A program made the translations under genes and the position numbers. From Candidatus Aminicenantes bacterium (GTDB lineage: Bacteria; Acidobacteriota; Aminicenantia; Aminicenantales; Saccharicenantaceae): a stretch of DNA of 64,000 nt. Where the stretch lies: contig CAWEYF010000012.1 of assembly GCA_963813235.1 (NCBI GenBank), positions 4,170 through 68,169 of the forward strand, in the 5' to 3' direction. Under the pieces are notes generated by a model, which saw nothing but the letters and a program-made list of their open reading frames with translations, had not been told where the DNA came from and did no database searches. Positions 1-8,702 of the stretch are shown here, piece after piece (the first letter of the stretch is position 1; every line of letters starts with the position of its first letter).

Positions 1-278
1 CGGCCCTCTCACTCCCCGAGAAGAACGCGTTCAAGCGGGCGGTCCTCGTCGAGCATTTCAAGCCGGGGGTCCTGTCCATCGCCTTCGTGACAGGGGATGT
101 CATCGACGGGAAGAGCGGGGAGCGCCTCCTCAAGCTCTTCATCCCGACGGCGCCGAACCCGACGACGGGCTTCATGGTCATGGTCGCTGCGGACAAGGTC
201 CGCGACCTGCCTTGGACGGTCCAGGACGCGATGAACGCCGTCATCTCGGGCGGGATCATCGGGCCGGGCACGATCTGA
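1..278 (+). CDS. DUF502-family membrane protein, C-terminal fragment (gene starts upstream of window)
   Basis: Frame 3 is open from the window edge to the TGA at 276-278. The translation (...AVLVEHFKPGVLSIAFVTGD...KLFIPTAPNPTTGFMVMV...VISGGIIGPG) carries the PTxPNPTxGF and SGG motifs I associate with DUF502/COG2928. Confidence 0.7.
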   Translation, partial: ALSLPEKNAFKRAVLVEHFKPGVLSIAFVTGDVIDGKSGERLLKLFIPTAPNPTTGFMVMVAADKVRDLPWTVQDAMNAVISGGIIGPGTI

Positions 279-340
279 CGACCGGGCTTGGGCCGCCTCT
301 TGCGCGTCTTCCTCGTCTCGCGGATCTTGCCCTCCCCGAT

Positions 341-371
341 TAGACTCGGTGCTCGCGATTGTGCTATAAAT
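341..371 (+). promoter_or_regulatory. Candidate sigma70 promoter with extended -10
   Basis: TAGACT (341-346), 18-nt spacer, TGC-TATAAA (362-370; TGnTATAAA form), 60 nt upstream of the ATG at 431. Confidence 0.3.
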
Positions 372-430
372 TGGGCCTCGAAGGCGGGCGGTGCCTTCGG
401 GAAGATGATGTGTAAAAGGATGCGGAGATC

Positions 431-1390
431 ATGAAGAAAGCGTTGGTGTGCGGTGCCGGAGGCTTCATCGGGAGCCACCTGGTCAAGAAACTGAAGGGCG
501 AAGGCGGCTGGGTGCGGGGCGTCGACCTGAAGCGGCCGGAGTTCGGGCCGACGGCGGCGGACGACTTCCGGCTTCTCGACCTCCGCGAGGAGGCGAACTG
601 CCGGGAGGCCGTGAAGGCGCCCGGCGGGGAATTCGATGAGGTCTATCAGCTGGCCGCGGACATGGGCGGGATGGGCTTCATCCACTCCGCAGAGTGCGAG
701 ATCATGCGGAACAGCGCGCTCATCAACATCCACATGGTCCATTCGAGCGCGAACGCGGGGGTCAAGCGCTATTTCTTTTCCTCCTCGGCCTGCGTCTACC
801 GGGACATGACGGCCGACGAGCCCGAACTCGGCGAGGACGACGCCTACCCGGCCCTGCCCGACAATGAATACGGTTGGGAAAAGCTCTATGCCGAGCGCAT
901 GGCCATGGCTTACGGGCGCCGCTTCGGGATGGCCGTCCGCCTGGCCCGGTTCCAGAACACCTACGGCCCCGAGGGGACCTGGCGCGGCGGGCGGGAGAAG
1001 GCGCCCGCGGCCCTGTGCCGCAAGGTCGCCGAGGCCGAGGACGGAGGCGTCATCGAGCTCTGGGGGGACGGCACGGCCATGCGGGCCTACACGTTCGTCG
1101 ACGACCTGGTCAAGGGGATCGTCATGCTCATGAGGTCGGACCTGGAGAACGGGGTCAACATCGGCCGCCGCGAATACGTCAGCGTGGACGAACTGGCCCT
1201 CACGGTCGCTTCCGTCGCCGGCAAGACGATCCGCCTCGAGCACGTCGAGGGTCCCGTCGGGGTCAAGGCCAGGAATTTCCGGAACGACCGCATCGCGTCC
1301 ATCGGCTGGACGTCGGAGTTCTCGCTCAGGGACGGGTTGTCCCGGACATATCCCTGGATCAAGTCCCAGGTCGAGGCCGCCCGGAAATAA
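431..1390 (+). CDS. NAD-dependent sugar-nucleotide epimerase, GDP-mannose 3,5-epimerase-like (extended SDR)
   Basis: 319-aa ORF with Rossmann motif GAGGFIGSH. LAADMGGMGFI and SSSACVY segments resemble GDP-mannose 3,5-epimerase-type enzymes. The stop is 3 nt before the next gene. Confidence 0.85.
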   Translation: MKKALVCGAGGFIGSHLVKKLKGEGGWVRGVDLKRPEFGPTAADDFRLLDLREEANCREAVKAPGGEFDEVYQLAADMGGMGFIHSAECEIMRNSALINIHMVHSSANAGVKRYFFSSSACVYRDMTADEPELGEDDAYPALPDNEYGWEKLYAERMAMAYGRRFGMAVRLARFQNTYGPEGTWRGGREKAPAALCRKVAEAEDGGVIELWGDGTAMRAYTFVDDLVKGIVMLMRSDLENGVNIGRREYVSVDELALTVASVAGKTIRLEHVEGPVGVKARNFRNDRIASIGWTSEFSLRDGLSRTYPWIKSQVEAARK

Positions 1391-1393
1391 TCG

Positions 1394-4300
1394 ATGGGCC
1401 CCCCGTCCTGGGACTATCTCGTCGTCACCGCCTCGAACGAGCGGCAGGCGGCCGCATACGACGATCAGCTCGCGCTCAGGATGGGGCTGGGATTCATCTC
1501 CGGCGTCCGGAAGGCCATGGCCGTTCCCGACCCGGGCGGGTCCCGGATCGGGAGCGGCGGGAGCACGGTCTGGTCCCTGCTCAAGGTCCTGGAGCGTGAG
1601 CTCGGGAACGCCGGGGCGCGGGCCCTCGACTCCCGGGCCTGGATCAAGGCGCTCTCGAAGCTCAGGATCCTCATTATCCACGCCGGAGGGGATTCGCGTC
1701 GGCTTCCGGCCTACGGCCCCTGCGGGAAGATCTTCATCCCCGTTCCCGGGGCATCCGACCGGGCCCCGGGCCCGACCATCCTCGACCGGCTCCTTCCCGT
1801 CTATCTCGGCCTGCCGCCGGTCCGGGAGGGCCGCGGCCAGGTCGTCGTGACCACCGGCGACGTGCTCCTGTCCTTCGATCCCGGGGTCGTGCGGTTCGCC
1901 GACGAAGGGATCACGGGCCTGGGTGCGCTCGAACCCCCAGAGCTCGCGGCGAACCATGGGGTCTTCTGTCCGGGCGACGGCGGATTCGTCCGGCGCTTCC
2001 TTCAGAAGCCGTCCCCGGCCGAGCAGGGCGCGAACGGCGCGGTCGGGATCCGCGGCCTCTCCGTTCTCGACATCGGCGTCATGAATCTCGATGCCCGGTC
2101 GGCCGTCGCGCTCATCCGGCTCTTCCGCGTCGGGAGGGCCGCGTCGGGCGGCCTTTCCTGGGAAGGGGAGATGGCGGAGGCGGTCGAGCGCTCGGGGCTC
2201 GATTTCTATCGGGAGATCTGCTGCGCCATGGGCACGGAGGCCTCGTTCGAGGACTATCCAGCCGCCGTCCGGCGGGCGGGCTCGACCCTCGGAACCGGGC
2301 TCCTGAAGCGGATCTTCGGCCGGGTCTCGCGAATCCCCTTCCGCCTGTCGCAGCTTCCCGACTGCGGGTTCCTTCATTTCGGAACCCCGCGCCAGCTCAT
2401 CCGGAGCGGGAAGACCCTCCGAAACGGGCCGAGCGCCGTCTCGAAGGAAGGGGCCCTTCTTGCGATGAACAACGAGGTCTCCGGCGACGGCCGCATCCGG
2501 GGCCGGAATTCCTGGGTCGAAGGGTGCCGCGTCCGGTCGGCCCTCGACCTCGGCGGAGAGAACGCGGTCACCGGGGCCGACATCGTGTCTCCTCTCTCCC
2601 TCCCCCCCAAGGCCGTCCTGGACGTCCTCGAAGGCCGCGACAGGAAGGGGCGAAAGGTCCATTTCGTCCGATGCTATGCCGTGGACGACATCCTCAATAA
2701 GCCCGCGAACACCGGCGCTCTCCTGGCCGGCCTGGCTCCGGGCGAATGGCTCAAGGCCCTCGGGGCGTCGGCAGAAGACGTCTGGGATCGCCGGACGCCT
2801 CGCGATGAGAAGCATGTCTGGAACGGACGTTTTTTCCCCGCGACGAACGGTCCGGAAGGTTTCCTGGACTGGCTATGGATGCTCCGGCCGAAGACCGCGA
2901 CCCCCGAACAGAAAAGGGCGTGGAAGGCCGCGGACCGCTACAGCTTTTCAGAGATGATCGGGCTCGCCTCCCACGACGCCTTTCATTCCCGGCGGCACAG
3001 GAACAGGGCGATGGAGATCGCGGAAACGGCGGGACGCGTCTTCCGGCCGGACAGCGGGCTCTCGGCCTCCGAGCTGTCCTTTGTCCTGGGGAACCTGGGC
3101 CGCGATGAGCGGTCGGTGTGGTTGTCGCGGGTCCTGGGCGACGTTTTCCGTCGCTTTGGGAACGATGGAGCCCTGCCCGGACTGGACCGCCTCGGGCTGG
3201 CGCGAACCCTTCATACCCTCGGCTCCGCCGCCTCGAAGCGAATGGCCGGCGGGGACCGCGGCTGGACACGGACGCTCGCCATCGTTCATGCAAAACTGCC
3301 CGCCGCCCTGAGGGCATGGCTTGCCTGCCTCGGCCTGGGCAAGCGGGAGTTCGGGAGCGCGGCCGCCTGGGCGGAAGCGGCCCGAAACGCGGCGTTCGAG
3401 ACCGTAGGCCGGACCATCGTCCGGAGCCGGGAAAGGCACCCGGAGCATCCCCGGAACGCCCTGCGGAGCGACGAGATCGTATGGGGCCGCGCACCGGTCC
3501 GGCTCGACCTCGGGGGCGGCTGGACGGATACGCCTCCGTATTCCCTCGAGCGGGGGGGCTGTGTCATCAACGCCGCCGTGAACCTCAACGGTCAGCCGCC
3601 CATCCACGTCTACGCCCGAGTGATCCGCGAGCCGGAGATCCGCATCGAGTCCATCGACCACGGGGCCCGCATCGTCGTCCGCGACCTTGCCGGGCTCCTC
3701 GACTACAGGCGGCCGGAGAGCATGTTCGGCCTGGCCAAGGCGGCCCTTGCCCTTTCGGGGTTCTCTCCAGAAGCCGCCGTCTGGCCGAAGGGCGTTCGGA
3801 CCCTCCGGGGCATGCTCGGCCTATTTGGCGGGGGGATCGAGCTGACGACGCTGGCCGCAATCCCGAGCGGCAGCGGCCTGGGAACTTCGAGTATCATGGG
3901 CGCCGCGCTCTTGGCCGTCATCCACAGGATGACCGGCCGCAGGCTGTCGTCCCGGGAACTGTTCCACAACGTCCTCCGCCTCGAGCAGGAGCTGACGACG
4001 GGCGGCGGGTGGCAGGACCAGATCGGCGGAGTCGTCGGAGGGGTCAAGATGATCGAGGCGGAGGCAGGCCTTGTCCCCGACCCGCGCGTCCGGCCCGTTC
4101 CGCCCGACATCCTCGATCCCGCGCGGAACGGGGGTGCGACGCTTCTCTATTATACGGGGATCCGGCGGTTGGCCAAGAACATCCTGCGCACCGTGGTCGG
4201 GAATGTTCTCGACCGAGACCGGGAGGCGATGGCGACCTTGGCCGAGCTCCGTGCGTTCCCGCCGAAGATGGCGGAGGCGATGTCCGCGAAGGACGCGCGG

Positions 4301-4582
4301 GCGTTCGGAGAGCTCATCGACCTCGCCTGGACCCTCAACAAGAGGATCGACCCCGATTCGACGACGCGGGTCATCGAGGGGATCCTGTCCCGGGTCCGGC
4401 CGCATATCCGCGGGGCCAAACTGTTGGGGGCGGGCGGGGGAGGGTTCCTCCTCATGGCCTGCCGGTCGGTCGCGGACGCCGGAGCCGCGCGCCGCATCCT
4501 TACGGCCGAACCGCCCAACGGCCTCGCCCGGTTCTTCGATTATTCCGTCAGCGAAGAGGGCCTGGCCGTCACGGTCAGCTAA
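1394..4582 (+). CDS. L-fucokinase / sugar-1-phosphate guanylyltransferase family protein (Fkp/FCSK architecture)
   Basis: Intact 1062-aa ORF. The N-terminus (WDYLVVTASNERQAAAY...GSGGST) is fucokinase-type. The C-terminus is a GHMP kinase (PSGSGLGTSS, TTGGGWQDQ, LLGAGGGGF). It is in the same length class as eukaryotic FCSK and Bacteroides Fkp. Confidence 0.85.
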   Translation: MGPPSWDYLVVTASNERQAAAYDDQLALRMGLGFISGVRKAMAVPDPGGSRIGSGGSTVWSLLKVLERELGNAGARALDSRAWIKALSKLRILIIHAGGDSRRLPAYGPCGKIFIPVPGASDRAPGPTILDRLLPVYLGLPPVREGRGQVVVTTGDVLLSFDPGVVRFADEGITGLGALEPPELAANHGVFCPGDGGFVRRFLQKPSPAEQGANGAVGIRGLSVLDIGVMNLDARSAVALIRLFRVGRAASGGLSWEGEMAEAVERSGLDFYREICCAMGTEASFEDYPAAVRRAGSTLGTGLLKRIFGRVSRIPFRLSQLPDCGFLHFGTPRQLIRSGKTLRNGPSAVSKEGALLAMNNEVSGDGRIRGRNSWVEGCRVRSALDLGGENAVTGADIVSPLSLPPKAVLDVLEGRDRKGRKVHFVRCYAVDDILNKPANTGALLAGLAPGEWLKALGASAEDVWDRRTPRDEKHVWNGRFFPATNGPEGFLDWLWMLRPKTATPEQKRAWKAADRYSFSEMIGLASHDAFHSRRHRNRAMEIAETAGRVFRPDSGLSASELSFVLGNLGRDERSVWLSRVLGDVFRRFGNDGALPGLDRLGLARTLHTLGSAASKRMAGGDRGWTRTLAIVHAKLPAALRAWLACLGLGKREFGSAAAWAEAARNAAFETVGRTIVRSRERHPEHPRNALRSDEIVWGRAPVRLDLGGGWTDTPPYSLERGGCVINAAVNLNGQPPIHVYARVIREPEIRIESIDHGARIVVRDLAGLLDYRRPESMFGLAKAALALSGFSPEAAVWPKGVRTLRGMLGLFGGGIELTTLAAIPSGSGLGTSSIMGAALLAVIHRMTGRRLSSRELFHNVLRLEQELTTGGGWQDQIGGVVGGVKMIEAEAGLVPDPRVRPVPPDILDPARNGGATLLYYTGIRRLAKNILRTVVGNVLDRDREAMATLAELRAFPPKMAEAMSAKDARAFGELIDLAWTLNKRIDPDSTTRVIEGILSRVRPHIRGAKLLGAGGGGFLLMACRSVADAGAARRILTAEPPNGLARFFDYSVSEEGLAVTVS

Positions 4583-4588
4583 TTGAGA

Positions 4589-4624
4589 GCGAGACTGGCG
4601 AGACGCGCGAGACAAGCGAGGCGG
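4589..4624. repeat. Four tandem 9-bp units (GCGAGACNN)
   Basis: GCGAGACTG GCGAGACGC GCGAGACAA GCGAGGCGG, read directly in the 47-bp convergent spacer between the fucokinase and the Ntn hydrolase. Confidence 0.6.
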
Positions 4625-4629
4625 AATCC

Positions 4630-5844
4630 CTAACGGATCTCAGGGAACGCCGCCTCGAGCGACTCGAAGACCCAGGCCGCCAGCTTCTCCTGGAAGTCGG
4701 CGATGGCGGCCGGAGCGGGCCGCGTCTCCTCCCACTCCTCGAGCCGATCCGAGGCGCGGGCAAGGGCTTCGTTCTCGATGCGGAAGAGCTTCGGCAGGAC
4801 GCCTTCGTCGCCGCAGGTCCTCAACCGGTCGACATCGAGGTACTGTTTCATCCGGCCGCGCTGGTCCGGATAAAGATAAGAGACGAGCTTTTTCGACCAG
4901 TCGTTGAGCGGGGCCGTCTCGGGACCGGTCGTGACCGAGGGGACATCTCCGGCCGCGACCCACATCGGCACGGCCGCGCAGGAGACCGGCTGGCCGAGGT
5001 TGACCCACATCGTCGCGAGGCGGGCCTTGTCACGGGAAGGCGCCCCGTGGAAGAGGATGACCGATACGCTGGTGTTGCGGTTGATGGTGTCGTTGGTGTT
5101 GATGTAGAGCGGCTCGGCCGGATCGTCCGGGAGTTCCCGGGTCAGGGGATAGGAATGGAGCTTCTCGTGGACGAGGTCGCGCGAGGCCTGCTGGAGGATG
5201 AAGGCCGGGTCGATCTCCCCCCGGCCGAATCCGGCCTCGAGGATGTGCGAGATCCGCTCGAATCGGATGTAGCCTCCTCCCTTGAGATTGTCGGGCGACG
5301 TGAAGCCGTAGTTCGTCCGGGCGATGAACCCGAACGGCGCCACGCGGGCGTCCTGCGCGTCGAACTTGACGAACGACGTCGGCGAGGCCTCGAAGAAACA
5401 GGCGTTCCCCTCGGCGTCGATGACGCCGAAGTTCGCCGTCAGGTCGAGCGTCCCCTTGACCGCTTCCATGAGGGCCTCAAATTCGGGAACGTTCGCGCAT
5501 TCCCCGAGGGCCCGCCTCATGAACCGTCCGTTGTCAGCCCCGTCCTTCCCGGGCGCTCCCTGATCGTCTGTCTGGGAGTTCATGACGGCGAAGCCTTCCG
5601 AGTTCAGCCCTCCCCAGGCCTCCTCGCCTTTCGCGTCGCCGGCGTCGACCAGGGCGATGAAGGCGTATTTGGGGCCGGTGAGATAGAGGGTCTTGTTGTC
5701 GACCTTGTCCGTGTCCCGGTTCTTCCACATCAGGGCCCGGCCGTCGCGGGTGGCCTTGCCCGAGATTACGGCCAGCGTGCAGGGGTAGACGCTCGTGGCC
5801 GCGAGGCCGGCCAGCATGAAAGCGGCGATCCGTTTCGTTCGCAT
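4630..5844 (-). CDS. Exported N-terminal-nucleophile (Cys) hydrolase, choloylglycine hydrolase / peptidase C45-C69-like
   Basis: 404-aa ORF. A signal peptide (MRTKRIAAFMLAGLAATSVYP) is followed directly by Cys (CTLAVISGKATRDGRALMWKNRD), the layout of Ntn cysteine hydrolases. This is a family-level call only. Confidence 0.55.
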   Translation of the reverse strand: MRTKRIAAFMLAGLAATSVYPCTLAVISGKATRDGRALMWKNRDTDKVDNKTLYLTGPKYAFIALVDAGDAKGEEAWGGLNSEGFAVMNSQTDDQGAPGKDGADNGRFMRRALGECANVPEFEALMEAVKGTLDLTANFGVIDAEGNACFFEASPTSFVKFDAQDARVAPFGFIARTNYGFTSPDNLKGGGYIRFERISHILEAGFGRGEIDPAFILQQASRDLVHEKLHSYPLTRELPDDPAEPLYINTNDTINRNTSVSVILFHGAPSRDKARLATMWVNLGQPVSCAAVPMWVAAGDVPSVTTGPETAPLNDWSKKLVSYLYPDQRGRMKQYLDVDRLRTCGDEGVLPKLFRIENEALARASDRLEEWEETRPAPAAIADFQEKLAAWVFESLEAAFPEIR

Positions 5845-5861
5845 ATCCGTCCTCCCGGTCC

Positions 5862-6887
5862 CTACCGGATCTTGAGGAGGGTCGCCAGGTTGGCGCCGCG
5901 GTCCTCGACGAGCTCGATGTTCCCGTCCTTCGAGGTGAAGAGGGCCGTCACGCCCGGTCCGTGGCCGGCCACCCAGCTCCGGCTATGGGAGATGCTCCCG
6001 ACCGTGATCGCGCCCTGCCTGTAGATCCTTCCGTACGTGGCGTCCGCGTCCACGATCCCGACGAGGTCGCCGAACCGCAGGCGATCTAAACCATATTCCT
6101 TGACGGTCTTCTCATCGAACATCTGGATGTCGTAGTCGCCCCGGTATGCGTTGTCCGCCCCCAGGCCGGAGCCCATGATCTTCGCCGGGACCACGACCGC
6201 AACCGGGACGCGGAGCTTTCCCCCGGGCGTGACGCCCATGCCGAGCCCGGTCAGGGCGTCGATGAGCTCGGGCCCGATGTTCAGGGCCTTGACTCCGGGG
6301 GCGTTCTTGAGCTCCATTCCGAAGCCGACCGCGGATATCTGCATCTTGTCGCCGACCGAGAGCTTGTCGAAGACCGAGGCGTCCGGGAAGTCGACCATGA
6401 CGTGCTCGGCGCCGCCGTGCTTCCCGATGACGTACCCGATCGCCCCCTTGCCGTCGCCCGTCCATATCCTGACCTTGTTCCCGATGCAGGCCAGGGTGTT
6501 GAGGCCGCGGCTTTCGCGGCCGGAGCGGGAGTTCTCGGCGCCCGGGTTGAACAGGGTGACCGCGGGCTCGACGTGGTCGCCGGCCAGGTTGATCGCCGAA
6601 TCGCCCGAACGGAAGTTGTAGGTGATGCTTCCCGTGCCCGGGTTGAGCCGGATCTTCCCGTCGGGGTCGATGTCGTACGGCGAGTCGCCGAGCCCTGCCG
6701 GAGCGATGAAGCCCACGACCGCCTGGACGACGAGCATATCCTTGTTGTATTCGAGGGGCTTGAGGTCCCTCGACGGAGCGGCCTTTTGCCCCGCCGGGAT
6801 GGTCCCGGCCGCGAAGAGAAAGGCGATCGGGAGGACGACAAGCGAAAGAATGGCCTTGCGCGAACGATCCGGAGTGAACATGATCAT
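5862..6887 (-). CDS. Exported/anchored hypothetical protein
   Basis: 341-aa ORF with an N-terminal hydrophobic segment (AILSLVVLPIAFLFAAG) and protein-like composition. There is a 17-nt gap to the downstream Ntn hydrolase gene. I cannot name a motif in it. Confidence 0.55.
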   Translation of the reverse strand: MIMFTPDRSRKAILSLVVLPIAFLFAAGTIPAGQKAAPSRDLKPLEYNKDMLVVQAVVGFIAPAGLGDSPYDIDPDGKIRLNPGTGSITYNFRSGDSAINLAGDHVEPAVTLFNPGAENSRSGRESRGLNTLACIGNKVRIWTGDGKGAIGYVIGKHGGAEHVMVDFPDASVFDKLSVGDKMQISAVGFGMELKNAPGVKALNIGPELIDALTGLGMGVTPGGKLRVPVAVVVPAKIMGSGLGADNAYRGDYDIQMFDEKTVKEYGLDRLRFGDLVGIVDADATYGRIYRQGAITVGSISHSRSWVAGHGPGVTALFTSKDGNIELVEDRGANLATLLKIR

Positions 6888-6969
6888 GCCCTCCTTGTCA
6901 CGGGAATCCGATATAGCACAGCGCCGGGAACGGCGTCAATCGGGTCGCGGACGGATCGGCGCCCGGCGC

Positions 6970-8052
6970 TCAGCCGCAGACGTCCTTGAAGACCCGCAGG
7001 AAATTGGTCCAGCAGACCTTCTCGAGGGTCTTTCGGGGCATCTCGGCCTCCGAAAGCCGCTCCTGGGCGGTCCGCAGGCCGCGGCAGCCCGTGACGCCGG
7101 CGGGAAGGTCGGGGACGCCGTCGAAGTCCGAGCCGAAGGCGACATGGTCCTCGCCGGCGATGTTGATCAAGTGGTAGATATGTTCGAGATAACGGTCCAG
7201 GGGGACGCGGTACCCCTCCATGGCCTTGCCGAATTGGCCCGCGAGGTCCCTGAGGAGGGCGAATTGCGCCGCCGGGTTCGCCCCCGCCTTTTCCTCTTCC
7301 CGGTCGAGCCTCTCGAAGAGGTCCCCCGCCCGTTCCGATTCCTTCCGGTAGCGCGCGTCGAGAAAGCCGGGGTAGATGTTCACCCCGACGAGGCCCCCCC
7401 CGGCCGCGATGCCCTTGGCCAGGTCGTCGCTGAGGTTGCGAAGGATGGGGCAGAGGGTCCGGGAGCAGGAATGCGACGCGACGACAGGCCGACAGGTCAG
7501 CGATAGGACCTTCCGTACGGTCGTGTCGTGGGCGTGCGAGACGTCGACGATCATCCCCATCTTGTTCATGGCGGCGACGACCTCCTCGCCGAAACGGGTC
7601 AGGCCGTCGAAGGCGGGCTCCCGGTCGGCCGAGGAGATGACCCAGGCGCTGCTGCGGGAGTGGACCAGGGTCATCAGCCGCACGCCGCGGGCGTACAGCC
7701 GCTCGAGATTCGCCAGGTCGTTCTCGAGGGCGTCACCGTTCTCGACGGCCAGGACGGCCGCGAACCGGCCCTCCGCCCGGGCGTCCAGGACCTCCTGGGA
7801 GGTCCGGCAGACGGAGATGTCGCCGGAGAACGTGTCCAGCTCCCTGTCCAGGCCGTCCAGGAGCCGCGACGCGAACTCGAATCTGCGGCCTTCCGGGACG
7901 GCGGGGGGGACATAACAAGCGAAGACCTGGAGCCCGATGCCGGCGTCCGCCATCGCGGGCAGGTTGACCTGGAGGTCCGGGTCGTCGAGCCGCCTGCCGG
8001 CCGCGAGGCCGATGGCGGTATCGCAGTGCAGGTCGGCGATCGGGATGGCCAT
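6970..8052 (-). CDS. Membrane dipeptidase (peptidase M19 family)
   Basis: The track ORF extends to 8598, but homology begins at [12 protein letters not shown] (ATG at 8052, preceded by GGAGGAAATTC). M19-type motifs are present: [24 protein letters not shown]...[16 protein letters not shown]. Confidence 0.85.
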   Translation of the reverse strand: MAIPIADLHCDTAIGLAAGRRLDDPDLQVNLPAMADAGIGLQVFACYVPPAVPEGRRFEFASRLLDGLDRELDTFSGDISVCRTSQEVLDARAEGRFAAVLAVENGDALENDLANLERLYARGVRLMTLVHSRSSAWVISSADREPAFDGLTRFGEEVVAAMNKMGMIVDVSHAHDTTVRKVLSLTCRPVVASHSCSRTLCPILRNLSDDLAKGIAAGGGLVGVNIYPGFLDARYRKESERAGDLFERLDREEEKAGANPAAQFALLRDLAGQFGKAMEGYRVPLDRYLEHIYHLINIAGEDHVAFGSDFDGVPDLPAGVTGCRGLRTAQERLSEAEMPRKTLEKVCWTNFLRVFKDVCG

Positions 8053-8182
8053 GAATTTCCTCCGGATGTCTGAACTGAGACTATACAATCGGGTCTTCCG
8101 GCTGTCAAACGAAAACAGCCTCCTTGCCGCGCCAGCCGCCCGGGTGTATCCTTTGCGCGTCGCGTTCAACGGAGGAAGACCC

Positions 8183-8665
8183 ATGAAAAAGACCGTGCTT
8201 CCCATCGGGAAGAGAAAGCGGATCGCCCTCGTCGCCCACGACAACATGAAGAGGGACCTCCTCGAATGGGCGGAGTTCAACAAGGGATCGCTCTCGGGGC
8301 ACGAGCTCTTCGCCACGGGCACTACGGGCGCCCTCCTCGAGAAGGAGCTCGGCCTCGATGTCCACAGGCTCCAGAGCGGCCCCCTTGGCGGCGACCAGCA
8401 GATCGGGGCCCGGATCGCGGACGGCGAGATCGATTTCCTCATCTTCTTCTGGGACCCGCTCCAGCCCATGCCCCACGACACCGACGTCAAGGCCCTCCTC
8501 CGGATCGCCGTCGTCTGGAACATCCCCGTCGCCTGCGACCGGGCCACGGCGGATTTCATCATCTCCTCCCCGCTGATGTCCGAGAAGTACGACCGCATCC
8601 TTCCGGACTACGAGGGGTACAGGCGGCGGCTTGAGGAGAGCGCTGACACCGCCCGGAAAGGATGA
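8183..8665 (+). CDS. mgsA: Methylglyoxal synthase
   Basis: The start [23 protein letters not shown] is preceded by GGAGGAAGACCC. Motifs: [37 protein letters not shown]. Confidence 0.9.
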   Translation: MKKTVLPIGKRKRIALVAHDNMKRDLLEWAEFNKGSLSGHELFATGTTGALLEKELGLDVHRLQSGPLGGDQQIGARIADGEIDFLIFFWDPLQPMPHDTDVKALLRIAVVWNIPVACDRATADFIISSPLMSEKYDRILPDYEGYRRRLEESADTARKG

Positions 8666-8702
8666 GAGCTGAAGCCCGAATTCTGCGGGGCGGAAGTTCC
8701 CT

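Noticed and set aside
3118-6024. Very long ORFs in the track that overlap or oppose the genes called here. Examples are 3118-6024 (968 aa), 26136-27956 (606 aa), 42327-44174 (615 aa), 61977-63416 (479 aa), 20404-21876 (490 aa), 28011-29162 on the minus strand (388 aa) and 16652-17845 (397 aa).
   Set aside because: They are Arg/Pro/Gly/Ala-rich low-complexity translations, typical of out-of-frame or antisense reading of high-GC coding DNA. Each lies opposite or out of frame with a gene that has clear family motifs.
8053-8598. A 182-codon N-terminal extension of the dipeptidase ORF (track ORF 6970-8598), and similar upstream extensions for tatC, tatA, queD, mgsA, the radical SAM gene and dCMP deaminase.
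   Set aside because: The homology and a good RBS begin at internal Met codons. The extensions overlap the neighbouring divergent gene or promoter and are compositionally non-protein-like.
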